Part shown: positions 18,605-28,164 of the stretch, one piece after another
Position numbering within the stretch: the stretch's first letter is position 1
Layout: the number at the start of each line of letters is the position of its first letter
From: an uncultured cyanobacterium
GTDB lineage: Bacteria; Cyanobacteriota; Cyanobacteriia; Cyanobacteriales; Nostocaceae
NCBI GenBank assembly: GCA_963740315.1
Contig: CAVUDP010000002.1
Coordinates: forward strand, 2,912,001 to 2,976,000
Reading direction: 5' to 3'
DNA length: 64,000 nt
Program-made: the position numbers and the translations under genes
Notes under the pieces: generated by a model
Seen by the model: only the letters and a program-made list of their open reading frames with translations
Told to the model about the DNA's origin: nothing
Database searches by the model: none

Positions 18605-19771
18605 TTAAACAGGTGATAAGTGCTTAACTTTGTCTTCTAAGGAACTTATTAAGGATTGGAAGGGTTTGATGAACTTATCAATTCCTTCGGTAAGTAGTTC
18701 GTCCATGACTTCATCAAGGTTGATGTTAATATCAGGATCTTTAAGATTTTCGATCAGTTTGTATGCTTCTTCTACGTCGGTTTCGACTCTTGAATCTACG
18801 TCGCAATGGTCGGCACAGGCTTCGATGGTGACTGGTGGTAGGGTGTTAACGGTATCCTTACCAATTAACTCATCAACGTACATGACATCGCTGTAGCTGG
18901 GGTCTTTAGTGCTGGTACTTGCCCATAACAAACGCTGTACGTTGGCATTTTTATCAGCTAATGCTTGCCAGCGTTTGTCGTTGATAATTTTTTTATACTC
19001 TTGATATGCAATCTTGGCGTTAGCGATCGCTACTTTTCCTTTGACGGATTTTAGTTTGGCTTCTAAGTTGATGTCGTCAACGCCAGCCGCTAATTTTTCG
19101 TCTATTTTTCCATCAATTTTGGCATCAATCCGGCTGAGGAAGAAACTAGCTACGGAGGAAATCTTACTAATGTCTTTACCTTCTGCAACTCGTTTTTCCA
19201 AACCGCGAATGTAAGCCCAAGCAGTGTTTACATAACTATCCACAGAGAACAACAAAGTAATATTGACATTCATCCCTTCAGATATTACTTGCTCTACTGC
19301 TGGTAAACCCGATAGAGTACCAGGAATCTTAATCATTAAGTTTTCCCGTCCAACTTCTTTAAAGTAGCGTCTAGCTTCTTCAATTGTTTTTTGGGTATCG
19401 TCGGCAATAGTTGGAGGTACTTCAATGCTTACATAACCATCCAATCCATCAGTCGCTTCGTATACCGGCTTCAATATATCGCAGGCGTTACGAATATCGG
19501 AAAAAGCTAAAGATTCGTAGATTTCCTGGGTTGATAATCCTTTGTTAATCCCGGCTTCTATATCTTTATCGTAAATAGCGTTCCCAACGATCGCTTTCTC
19601 AAAAATGCTTGGATTCGAGGTAATTCCCTTGATACCTTGATTTTCCACCATATTTTTCAGTTCACCCGATTGGATAATATCGCGGCTTAAATTATCCATC
19701 CAAATACTTTGACCGTATTTGTTAATTTCTAATAATTGATTTGTGGTGATGCCCATATGGTTATATTCCAC
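18605..19771 (-). CDS. tal: Transaldolase
   Basis: GITSNPSIF, MIKIPGT, NITLLFS, RLLWASTSTK. Confidence 0.97.
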   Translation of the reverse strand: MEYNHMGITTNQLLEINKYGQSIWMDNLSRDIIQSGELKNMVENQGIKGITSNPSIFEKAIVGNAIYDKDIEAGINKGLSTQEIYESLAFSDIRNACDILKPVYEATDGLDGYVSIEVPPTIADDTQKTIEEARRYFKEVGRENLMIKIPGTLSGLPAVEQVISEGMNVNITLLFSVDSYVNTAWAYIRGLEKRVAEGKDISKISSVASFFLSRIDAKIDGKIDEKLAAGVDDINLEAKLKSVKGKVAIANAKIAYQEYKKIINDKRWQALADKNANVQRLLWASTSTKDPSYSDVMYVDELIGKDTVNTLPPVTIEACADHCDVDSRVETDVEEAYKLIENLKDPDININLDEVMDELLTEGIDKFIKPFQSLISSLEDKVKHLSPV

Positions 19772-20075
19772 TCCGAAATTTATTTTTGTGTCTTCTTCTA
19801 TTAATGCTCGCCTTTATTGTCGATTGATTCTCACTAAAGGAATAAATCAGTGAGCAGTTAGCAGTTAACAGTTAGCAGTTAGCAGTTAACAGTTAGCAGT
19901 TAACTGCTAACTGTTATCACTAGGAGGATAAAGACATATTTATTTGAGTTTTCCAGTTGTCAAGTGAAAAGCGTCGTAATCGCTGTAAAAACATACCATA
20001 AGCCATATCAACTACTCATTGCTCACTGTTCACTGTTCACTGGTTACTGCTCACTGCTCACTGCTCACTGTTTAC

Positions 20076-21125
20076 TTAATGACCATTTTGAATAAAAGAT
20101 TCCACCTTTGCTACATCCTCTTTACTACCAATAATTAGAGGCGTGCGCTGGTGCAGCTTTTCGGCAACTACATCCATAATCCTTGTGTCACCAGTAGTTG
20201 CGCGACCACCTGCTTGTTCTATCACGTAAGCTAAAGGAGCAGATTCGTAGAGCAGTCGTAATTTTCCTTCCGGTTTTTGCACAGTACCGGGGTAGAGAAA
20301 CACGCCACCTTGAACCAAAATTCGGTGAATGTCGCTCACCATTGCTCCACTGTAACGAGCCGTATAGCCTTCCGTTCGGTGAACGTAGCGAATGTATTCC
20401 CTAACTGATTCCGACCACTGCCAAAAATTACCTTCGTTAACGCTATAAACTGAACCGCGATCGGGAATCTTAATGTTTTCTTCCGAAAGTATAAATTCAC
20501 CTAAGCTGGGGTCGAGAGTAAAGGAATGAACTCCTTTTCCCATAGTGTAGACCAGCATGGTACTCGGACCGTAAAGGATATATCCGGCTCCAATTTGTTT
20601 GGTACCTGGAGCAAATAAATCCCTGGCTTGCCCGTCTTTATCTTCTCCTTCCTGCTGCCGAATCGCGAAAATCGAACCCAAACTCAAGTTTGTGTCTGTA
20701 TTCGATGAACCATCAATTGGGTCGTACAGCAAAGTATATCTACCTATGGGGCAGTTTTCCGGAATATAGTACGGTTCATCCATTTCTTCAGAAGCTAAGC
20801 GACATACTAAACCGCTTTGCTTGAAAACCGAGATAAACACATCATTGGCGTAGACATCCATCTTTTTGACGGATTCTCCCTGCACGTTAACTTCTCCGGT
20901 AAACCCCAGAACGCCTTCCATTAAACCAGCGCGGCTGAGACGACGAGCAACCAATTTACCCGCAAGGGCAATGCGATTCATCAGCGCACTTAAATCTTGT
21001 GCTTGCGCCGAAAAGCCTTGGAATTGCTGCAAGACGTGACGCGATAAAGTCGTACAATCTCTATCTAGACTTTTATCTGGGATGTGTTGAATTCCTTTGT
21101 CTTGATGTTCTGCCGCTTTTGTCAT
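20076..21125 (-). CDS. fbp: Class 1 fructose-1,6-bisphosphatase
   Basis: [26 protein letters not shown]. Start at 21125 chosen; the ORF extends to 21155. Confidence 0.96.
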   Translation of the reverse strand: MTKAAEHQDKGIQHIPDKSLDRDCTTLSRHVLQQFQGFSAQAQDLSALMNRIALAGKLVARRLSRAGLMEGVLGFTGEVNVQGESVKKMDVYANDVFISVFKQSGLVCRLASEEMDEPYYIPENCPIGRYTLLYDPIDGSSNTDTNLSLGSIFAIRQQEGEDKDGQARDLFAPGTKQIGAGYILYGPSTMLVYTMGKGVHSFTLDPSLGEFILSEENIKIPDRGSVYSVNEGNFWQWSESVREYIRYVHRTEGYTARYSGAMVSDIHRILVQGGVFLYPGTVQKPEGKLRLLYESAPLAYVIEQAGGRATTGDTRIMDVVAEKLHQRTPLIIGSKEDVAKVESFIQNGH

Positions 21126-21943
21126 GATAATTTTCTCACTAAGTAGGCAATTCATTTAGCAACAAGCCGTATCCTTACAACTTGCGATCGCTGCCTCTAT
21201 CTTAGAAAGGTATTTTAGGAACGCAAATCCGATTTGAGATAATTTAAATAAACCTTAGTATCTTGAATGGCGTTAACAAGCATTTTCCTGGGTATTGATA
21301 TGCAGAAAATGCCAACTGTTACGTGATGTTGCAGCAATAATAAATACTTTTTTAATTTATATGCAATTCATGTTTATATTTGATGTCTCTTTCTAAGTCC
21401 ATAAAATAATAAAAATGATTGCTCGATCGACTTTAAGCAACCCGAACGACAAATTTTATCTCAAGTTCAACTTTTCGTAAAAACTGTTACAGTTTACAGG
21501 CTTAAAATCTATCTACGAAAACATTTTTTAATCTAAGCTTGTAAGTTTTTATTCTTTTTATTTTTGACTGTTTAATATATTTATATATTTTTAATATAGT
21601 AAAACCCGACTTATGCTGATATCGTACATAGTCGGTATCTTGTCGGGGTTGTTTATATGAAGTTTTTCCGCGATTTAGAAATTATTCGGCGCAAGCGATC
21701 GCTGTTTATATAATGCTCGATCGACAAAAAACACGCCGCTTCTAAACTCAACTCAGATTTATCAAATAATACAGCAAGCAACTAATTTACACTTTAAAAT
21801 TATTTTAGAGCGGGTACTCGATATAATTCCCGTTACAGGATTTTATCTGACGGGGAAATGAGTAATTAAAGTTTAATTGACTCCTGCATCAAATAAAAAA
21901 TTATAAAGAGAGTTTTTCCGCTTTAATATTAGATTAAGATAAT

Positions 21944-22240
21944 TTATTGTTCTTGGAAATCTGGCTTTCTCACAAAGTTAGCACGCGGACGATTATCTTC
22001 TTTTGGCTTAGCTTTGTTAACCCGGATTTGACGACCCATCCATTCTGCTCCATCTAGCTCAGAAATGGCATTATCTTCCTGGGCTTCATCACTGAGATCG
22101 ACAAAGGCGAAACCACGCATTCTACCTGATTCGCGATCGGTTGGTAACATAACTCTTGTCACCTCACCGTAATCGGTAAATACTGCTCTCAAGTCTGCTT
22201 CTGTAGCGCGATAGGAAAGATTTCCAACGTAAATAGTCAT
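21944..22240 (-). CDS. rbp: RRM RNA-binding protein
   Basis: IYVGNL (RNP2) and RGFAFV (RNP1). Confidence 0.95.
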   Translation of the reverse strand: MTIYVGNLSYRATEADLRAVFTDYGEVTRVMLPTDRESGRMRGFAFVDLSDEAQEDNAISELDGAEWMGRQIRVNKAKPKEDNRPRANFVRKPDFQEQ

Positions 22241-22795
22241 ATGCTTAACGTTTCAAGGGACTAATAGCGAATCGCTCAGTCCAAATAAAAGTCAGACAAT
22301 TAGCTTTGAATAATTAAAGAAAAGTCTGATTTTATCAACGGTAAATTATCTAGTCGATCGCAACTTTAATAGCAGAATTAACTAAAAATAAACCATACTT
22401 AGGACTGAACTTACGAATACGTTTTTATAGTACCCGATCGCTCCAATTTTCAAGGTGTGATATATTACAAAGTTTTAGAAGTTGAAATCAGTGTAACTTA
22501 TATATACGGACGATAAGAGAGTAAGAATTTCTTCTTTTTATATGGTGTATTAAAAATAATTACTAGTAATACTAGAAGAAAAAAATTAGATTCAGTAGTG
22601 CGTAATTTGCAGTAAAGGTAATATCAGCGGCGTTTTCAACTTATTAGGGAGCAAGATGCTACCACTAACTATACAGGGATTAACTATGTTTACTTGTTTT
22701 ATAATTTATACTTTAAAGAATTATAATATCAAAATTTAGATGCTTATCAAATGTATGATTTTGCTTGATATCAGTACTGACTACGATGTCGAAAT

Positions 22796-22823
22796 AAAAA
22801 GTCTGCCGATTTTCAGCAGACCT
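22796..22823 (-). terminator. Rho-independent terminator
   Basis: Minus strand GGTCTGCTGAAAATCGGCAGAC followed by TTTTT. Confidence 0.65.
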
Positions 22824-22873
22824 TGTTTAATTTAACTTTCTATTAACCAAACCTTTCTGTGCAAGTATTTGTA

Positions 22874-23089
22874 TCAATCAATAGAAATGCTTTGAGGTCC
22901 ATTATTCTTGCCATTGTGCATTCCATTGGTAGAAGTTGGAAAAGTAGTTGTAGTTTGTTGTGCTAACCAGGTTTTTACAGGATCGTCAGCAAGGCTAAGT
23001 CTTAGTACACCAGAGACAAACCCGCCCATAAATGAAGCTGGATGCTGGGTAAATTCTTTAAATAACGGGAATAGTTCTTCAATGAACAT
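22874..23089 (-). CDS. Conserved small cyanobacterial hypothetical protein
   Basis: 71 aa, downstream of nrdJ with GGAG RBS; F.GGF.SG.LRL.L.DDPV..WL motif. Confidence 0.75.
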   Translation of the reverse strand: MFIEELFPLFKEFTQHPASFMGGFVSGVLRLSLADDPVKTWLAQQTTTTFPTSTNGMHNGKNNGPQSISID

Positions 23090-23209
23090 TTTTTAATCTC
23101 CAAAGGGTTAAAAAGGATGAAGTATCAAGGCACTCAGGATCGAGAAAAATAACGGATGCGATCGCAGCAAGTACTTCGTAATTCATAATTAATACTTCAT
23201 CCTTTAATC

Positions 23210-26200
23210 TTACACGGGTTTTTCTTCCGGCATCATGCACTTATCGGAATCGCATCCCGATGGTCCTGCTTCCATTAATTCACCAAAATCATAACGTTTC
23301 AATGCACTATGAAAATCATCGGTATCGCGGCGATTTTCCACTTGTTGCATCAATTCTTCGTATTGCTGTTTGTCGATCGGTTCAAATGGTAAGCGGGGGA
23401 AAGTTTGATGGTCGTCAAATCTGGCTAAAAGTGCGGCACTGATATAGCCTTCATCGTTTTTAATTGCTTGATATATCCGATTCCCCAACTCTTCTACTTC
23501 GTTTTCTCGGACTTCAATAGTGGCTGAAGTATTGTGAGTAACGTAGAATTGCTGCACCTGCATATAGAAATCCATTTGCGCTAAAGCATTGAATTTATCG
23601 ATCGCAACTTCATCGGCACCCGGTACATCTGCCCAAGGTACGGCAACGGGAATTTCAACCAACCATTCCGTACAGCGAGAATCGAACGGATCGTTTAACA
23701 AGTTGCCGTTTTCGTCTTTATCGGTTTGAGAAGGAACCACCGCATAACCGTAGTCAATACAAGCCAAAGCTACCGGGTCATTTTTGCGGAAAGTTATCCG
23801 ACGAATAAACCTTTGGGCTTTGGGTGGGTGCCATCCGGGAGAAGCACCCGTAAGTAAAGATTTAGTGCCGCTGGGTTGTACCGTAGTACAGCGATTCGGA
23901 CGTTTTATGTTGTGGCGATCGCAGTATTCCCAAACTACCCGATGTACGATATCTTTCCACCTACTTAGATATTCTTGTTCGCGGCGTTTAAAGGCTAAAC
24001 CTTCGTCTGTGGCAGGTCTTCCTTCCGTCCACCAGTGCAACCAATCAACCCCAAAAGCACGGACGAAGAAATCAAATAAGCCAGTAAAAGATACACCAAC
24101 AATCGGATCTAACTCGCGACTATATTGATAGCGGGGTTCCAAGAATTTATGATTTAACAATGCAGCTACAGATAAAGCACCTGCTGTGAAAGCTTGTTCT
24201 TGTTCTTTATAATTTTCGGGGTCGATTTGATTTAAGTGAATTTCACTAAGATTACAGTGAAAATTAGAACCAATGATTTCCAATTTTGTTACCCTAGAGG
24301 CTTTTTATCCCCTAGTTCTAATGCTTCATTGTTCGCATTAGTTCCGCGTACATTTTCATCCTTATGAATGCCCCACACTCTTGGAGATTTATATTCTTTG
24401 CATTTACAAAGTTTCACTCTCTACGCTGTACGGTGTCAAAAGCTTTTTAATTCTTTTGATTACCTCGGTATTAGCATCTCAGCTTTCACCGATTTTGCGG
24501 GGTTTTTAACGTGAGGCAAAAGTATCAATTACCACACGGATTAAGCCCTACACGAGCTAAACGATGCTCAATTTCATTTTGATCGAGATAAGAATATTTT
24601 TCCTTTAACCAATCAGCGCCCTTGCCTTGTTGGTAAGCCTGTAAAAAATCAGTTTTCAATTCCTGTGTTGTTAGCAAATCAAGGTTTGCTCTGGCAACAG
24701 CTTCACCAGCCCATTGAATCGCACCTTCACCGCTGTAATATTGCTTGCGAACTGCATTAACACATTCTTCTAAAGTAGGTTTTTGGTGAAATACACGGGT
24801 GTGGTTCGACATTCTTAGCGCATCTCGTTCGGGATCTATACGCCAATTTCCATCTTCACCTTGCTGCCATAAATTTGCTTTTGCATCTGCAAATGCAGTG
24901 TCTTCGCTGACACCTTGACGCATCCCGGCGCTGTTATGAGTTAAATAACCATCGCAGTAGAAACAGTGAGCTTCTTCAACTTCTATATCATAGGTTTGTA
25001 CGTGGTCGTAACTACCCAAACCCTTTACGGTAACGGGAATATCCAGCGAGACATCAGATTCAGCGATATAGCGCTCGTAATTTGCATCAACGCTACGACT
25101 TCCAGCAAACCCCATTTCTCGCATTTCGCTGTAGGTATAAGCTTCACGCATCACCGCACCGGGAACCGTAAAACCATACATTTTGAGTCCTTGCTTCAGT
25201 TCCCCTTTTAAACTGTGGGGAGCAATCAAAGCATTGTAACGCTCTTTAAATGCGGGAATTTTCAAATTATATTTAGCTTGCCATTTTTGATTTTGCGGTT
25301 GAGTTACCGAGATTCTACCGGCAATACCTAAACTAGATAAAACTGCTGCTACCTGACGGATAAATCCGCGATAAACAGTTGTTACCAAATGTGGAGGACG
25401 ATTATTTACCGCACCGTCGCTATCCATCAAACCTGCTAAGTAAGCTGCTCGAACATCTACCGAACCTTGCAAGATAAAATCGGGCACTTGTAAGGAAGTA
25501 TTTGGTTGCTTGATATAACGATGAAAATATTCAGCAAAACGAATTGACGAGCAAATTGATTTTGCCGTATTTTCATTTTTAACTACACCGTGAGTAGCCT
25601 TTAATTTAAATGAAGCTAAAGCAATATCTAACTTACGTTGAATGCGAGCAGTAAGCTCGGTATCTGAAGCATTCATCGCCCATTCTACACGACCGTAAGG
25701 TTTGTGATGCTTGTTGCGACCGAGAGCTACATAACCATCACCGTGGGTAAACCCGACTAACCAAGCTATCTCCGATGTTAATTGTGGAATAAATAACGGT
25801 TTAGCGGTATGACTTTGGACTGGTCTTGATTCCGTAAAATCAACAGGTAAATTAGTTACCGTTCCTGGTAAAACCTGCTTGTTGTGTAAAAGGCGATCGC
25901 CGGATACTAAATTAGCTATAGATTTCCATTCAACAGCACCTTGAGGGTCAGCAAGAACTGCTTGTCTGTGGTTTAAAGTTGCTCTGGGTAAAGTAGCATT
26001 TGTTTCTACTTCATAAACATCTTGAAAACCTTGGTCAAATTTATCAACTACTTTACGGAATCCTAAAGGGGTTTGTACCAAATCCCCAACTTTAACATCG
26101 CGAATTGGTACTAAACCTTTAGATGTATGAACCAAAGCATCTTCTGGTAAACATCTGCGAATGTTCCCGGCAACCACACAGACAGCCGCTTCATCAATCA

Positions 26201-26981
26201 ACAAACAGCATTCAACCGAAGTTAATTTTCTGCCAACAGCTTTATTAAGAATCGCAGCACAGCGATGATAAAGTTCTGGCAACTTCACCGGATTCGCCAT
26301 ACCACCAAAGCCTTGCAACGGTTCGCCAGCTTTGCGAATATCACTGATATCAACAGTTACTTCAACTTCTTGACTAAAACGTTCGTCGGTAGATAATTCT
26401 AAAAGACTTTTATAGGACTCTACCCAACCTTGACGGCTATCTCCCACATAAATAGTGGCACTATTGCCCTCAATCTTAGTTTCAGTAAATTCACGGCGCT
26501 CGTTAGCTATAGTTTTACCAATATCACCTTGTACCGTCACCTTCAAACGATTGCGGATATTAGGTAACTGATTAATATATTTGGGTTCTAAAATTGCTCC
26601 CGTACCGCAGCCCATCATCGCCAAATCCATCATTAACCCGAAGGCTTTCCAGTCAATGACGTTTGTAGAAGTACAGTTATAAGCACCCGAAAAATTCTTC
26701 GGTTGAGTCAGCCAATTTGTGCCGCCCACCCATAACCATCTGCCACTAGGTAAAGCCTTCAAATTGCGCTGCATCGCTTCTAAAAGTAAAGCTTCATCTT
26801 GAGTTAGCTTACCCAACTCAACCAAACCTTTTAGAGTGCGATCGCAAACCTCCCTCCAGGATTCTCTCGTACTTTCGGATTGTTGACGACGGCTGTAAGT
26901 CCTGAAAAATACAGGATTTGCAGCAGGGGCTGTTTGTGGAAAGTCTGCACCAACGTGTTTCCGTTCAAGCTCTCGAACCAT
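23210..26981 (-). CDS. nrdJ: Adenosylcobalamin-dependent ribonucleoside-triphosphate reductase; exon 1 26981-24531, exon 2 24280-23210; 1173-aa precursor, 766 aa after intein removal
   Basis: PSGRWLW, AYNC, GNIRR|SAG, NPCG|EII, TTVQPSGTKSLL, C-terminal CDSDKC; exons join in frame. Confidence 0.93.
24281..24530 (-). ncRNA. Group I intron (250 nt, no ORF, probably subgroup IA) in nrdJ
   Basis: 5' exon ends in U and intron ends in G. P1 CGUGUGGU/GCCUCACG with U.G; P3 CCCCGCA/UGUGGGG; P4 UCGGUG/UACCGA; P7 GCGUA/UACGC; P9 hairpins. Confidence 0.92.
24933..26153 (-). mobile_element. Intein (407 aa) with LAGLIDADG homing endonuclease in NrdJ
   Basis: Starts CLPEDALV, block B TLNH, ends YDIEV...LTHN before Ser+1; endonuclease motifs LVGFTHGDG and LAGLMDSDG. 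Confidence 0.95.
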
Positions 26982-27249
26982 ATTTTTATCGTGTCTTTTT
27001 TTCTCTCAGATTAAGACTATACGTCAAGTAGCATTACAATAAAAGACTGCATAATTTTGAAAATTTTTCCACAAAAATCAGCGAGCTGTTAAGAGTGAGG
27101 AATTAAGAGTTAGGAGTTAAGAATTAGGAGTTATCAGCTATTTTTGATTTCTAAACGGTTAATAAAAGTCAATATATTAAGAATTTAATTTTTAGTTGTT
27201 ATCATCAATCGCAATCCAAAATCTAAAATCTAAAATCCAAAATTGTAAG

Positions 27250-27825
27250 ATGTCTATTGCTCCTTGGCGATCGCACCTAGCAAACGCTCTCAAAAAGAAT
27301 CGCAGTGAACCGCATTCGCGCTACTTTCAACTAGCAACTGTCCGCAGTGATGGAACTCCTGCCAATCGTACCGTGGTTTTTCGCGGTTTTATAGAAGATA
27401 CTAATAATTTAAAAATTATTACCGATATTCGCAGCGAAAAAATTACAGAAATTCATCATAATTCATGGGCAGAAATTTGCTGGTACTTCACCAATAGCCG
27501 CGAACAATTCCGCATTGCTGGAAACATCATAATAATTGATGGCGATCGTAAAGAATCGGAATTATTAAAAGTCAGGGAATTAACATGGCAAGAGCTTTCA
27601 GACAATGCGCGTATCCAATTTGGCTGGGCGCATCCGGGAGAACCCACTAACCCTGAAGCATTTTCACCACCGCAGCCAGATCAAGTTAAGCCTTTAGATC
27701 ACTTTTGTTTGCTGTTATTTGAACCTGTAAAAGTCGATTATTTACGATTGAGGGGACTGCAAAATCGGAATATTTATGTAAGGGATGAAACAGGGGTTTG
27801 GGATGTGAGTGAAGTTAATCCATGA
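27250..27825 (+). CDS. FMN-dependent pyridoxamine 5'-phosphate oxidase-like flavoprotein (Npun_F5749 type)
   Basis: QLATV..DG.PANRTVVFRGF, TDIRSEK, EICWYF...REQFR. Confidence 0.85.
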   Translation: MSIAPWRSHLANALKKNRSEPHSRYFQLATVRSDGTPANRTVVFRGFIEDTNNLKIITDIRSEKITEIHHNSWAEICWYFTNSREQFRIAGNIIIIDGDRKESELLKVRELTWQELSDNARIQFGWAHPGEPTNPEAFSPPQPDQVKPLDHFCLLLFEPVKVDYLRLRGLQNRNIYVRDETGVWDVSEVNP

Positions 27826-28003
27826 TGAACATTTGATTTAATCACCCTCACTATCGGAACAAAACCCACAGTAAGGTGGGCTATTTTGTTATTTACCAGT
27901 CAGGTTGTAGAGACGTAGCACTGCTACTTCTCCATATTTCGCGGTTGGGATGCAATATTTTGGTACAGGAAAGGTTAATTGATTACCATTAATATATTCT
28001 CAA

Positions 28004-28124
28004 AACCGCCGGGGAATCTAATTCCCCGTCTAATAGCAAAAGTCATCTAAAGATGACTGGCAAGACTTTTAGTCTACTTTAGTAGACTTCGTATATTAGC
28101 CTTGGAATTGATTCCGAGGCGGTT
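28004..28124. repeat. 121-bp multi-hairpin element with terminal inverted repeats AACCGCC...GGCGGTT
   Basis: Internal palindromes AGTCATCTAAAGATGACT and AGTCTACTTTAGTAGACT. Confidence 0.75.
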
Positions 28125-28164
28125 GTGAATCCTATTTTAGAATGATGCAAGATGTTAAATTTAA

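Noticed and set aside
23210..24283. Separate 357-aa gene, or nrdJ pseudogene
   Set aside because: It is exon 2 of nrdJ; the TTG start comes from the intron's 3' end.
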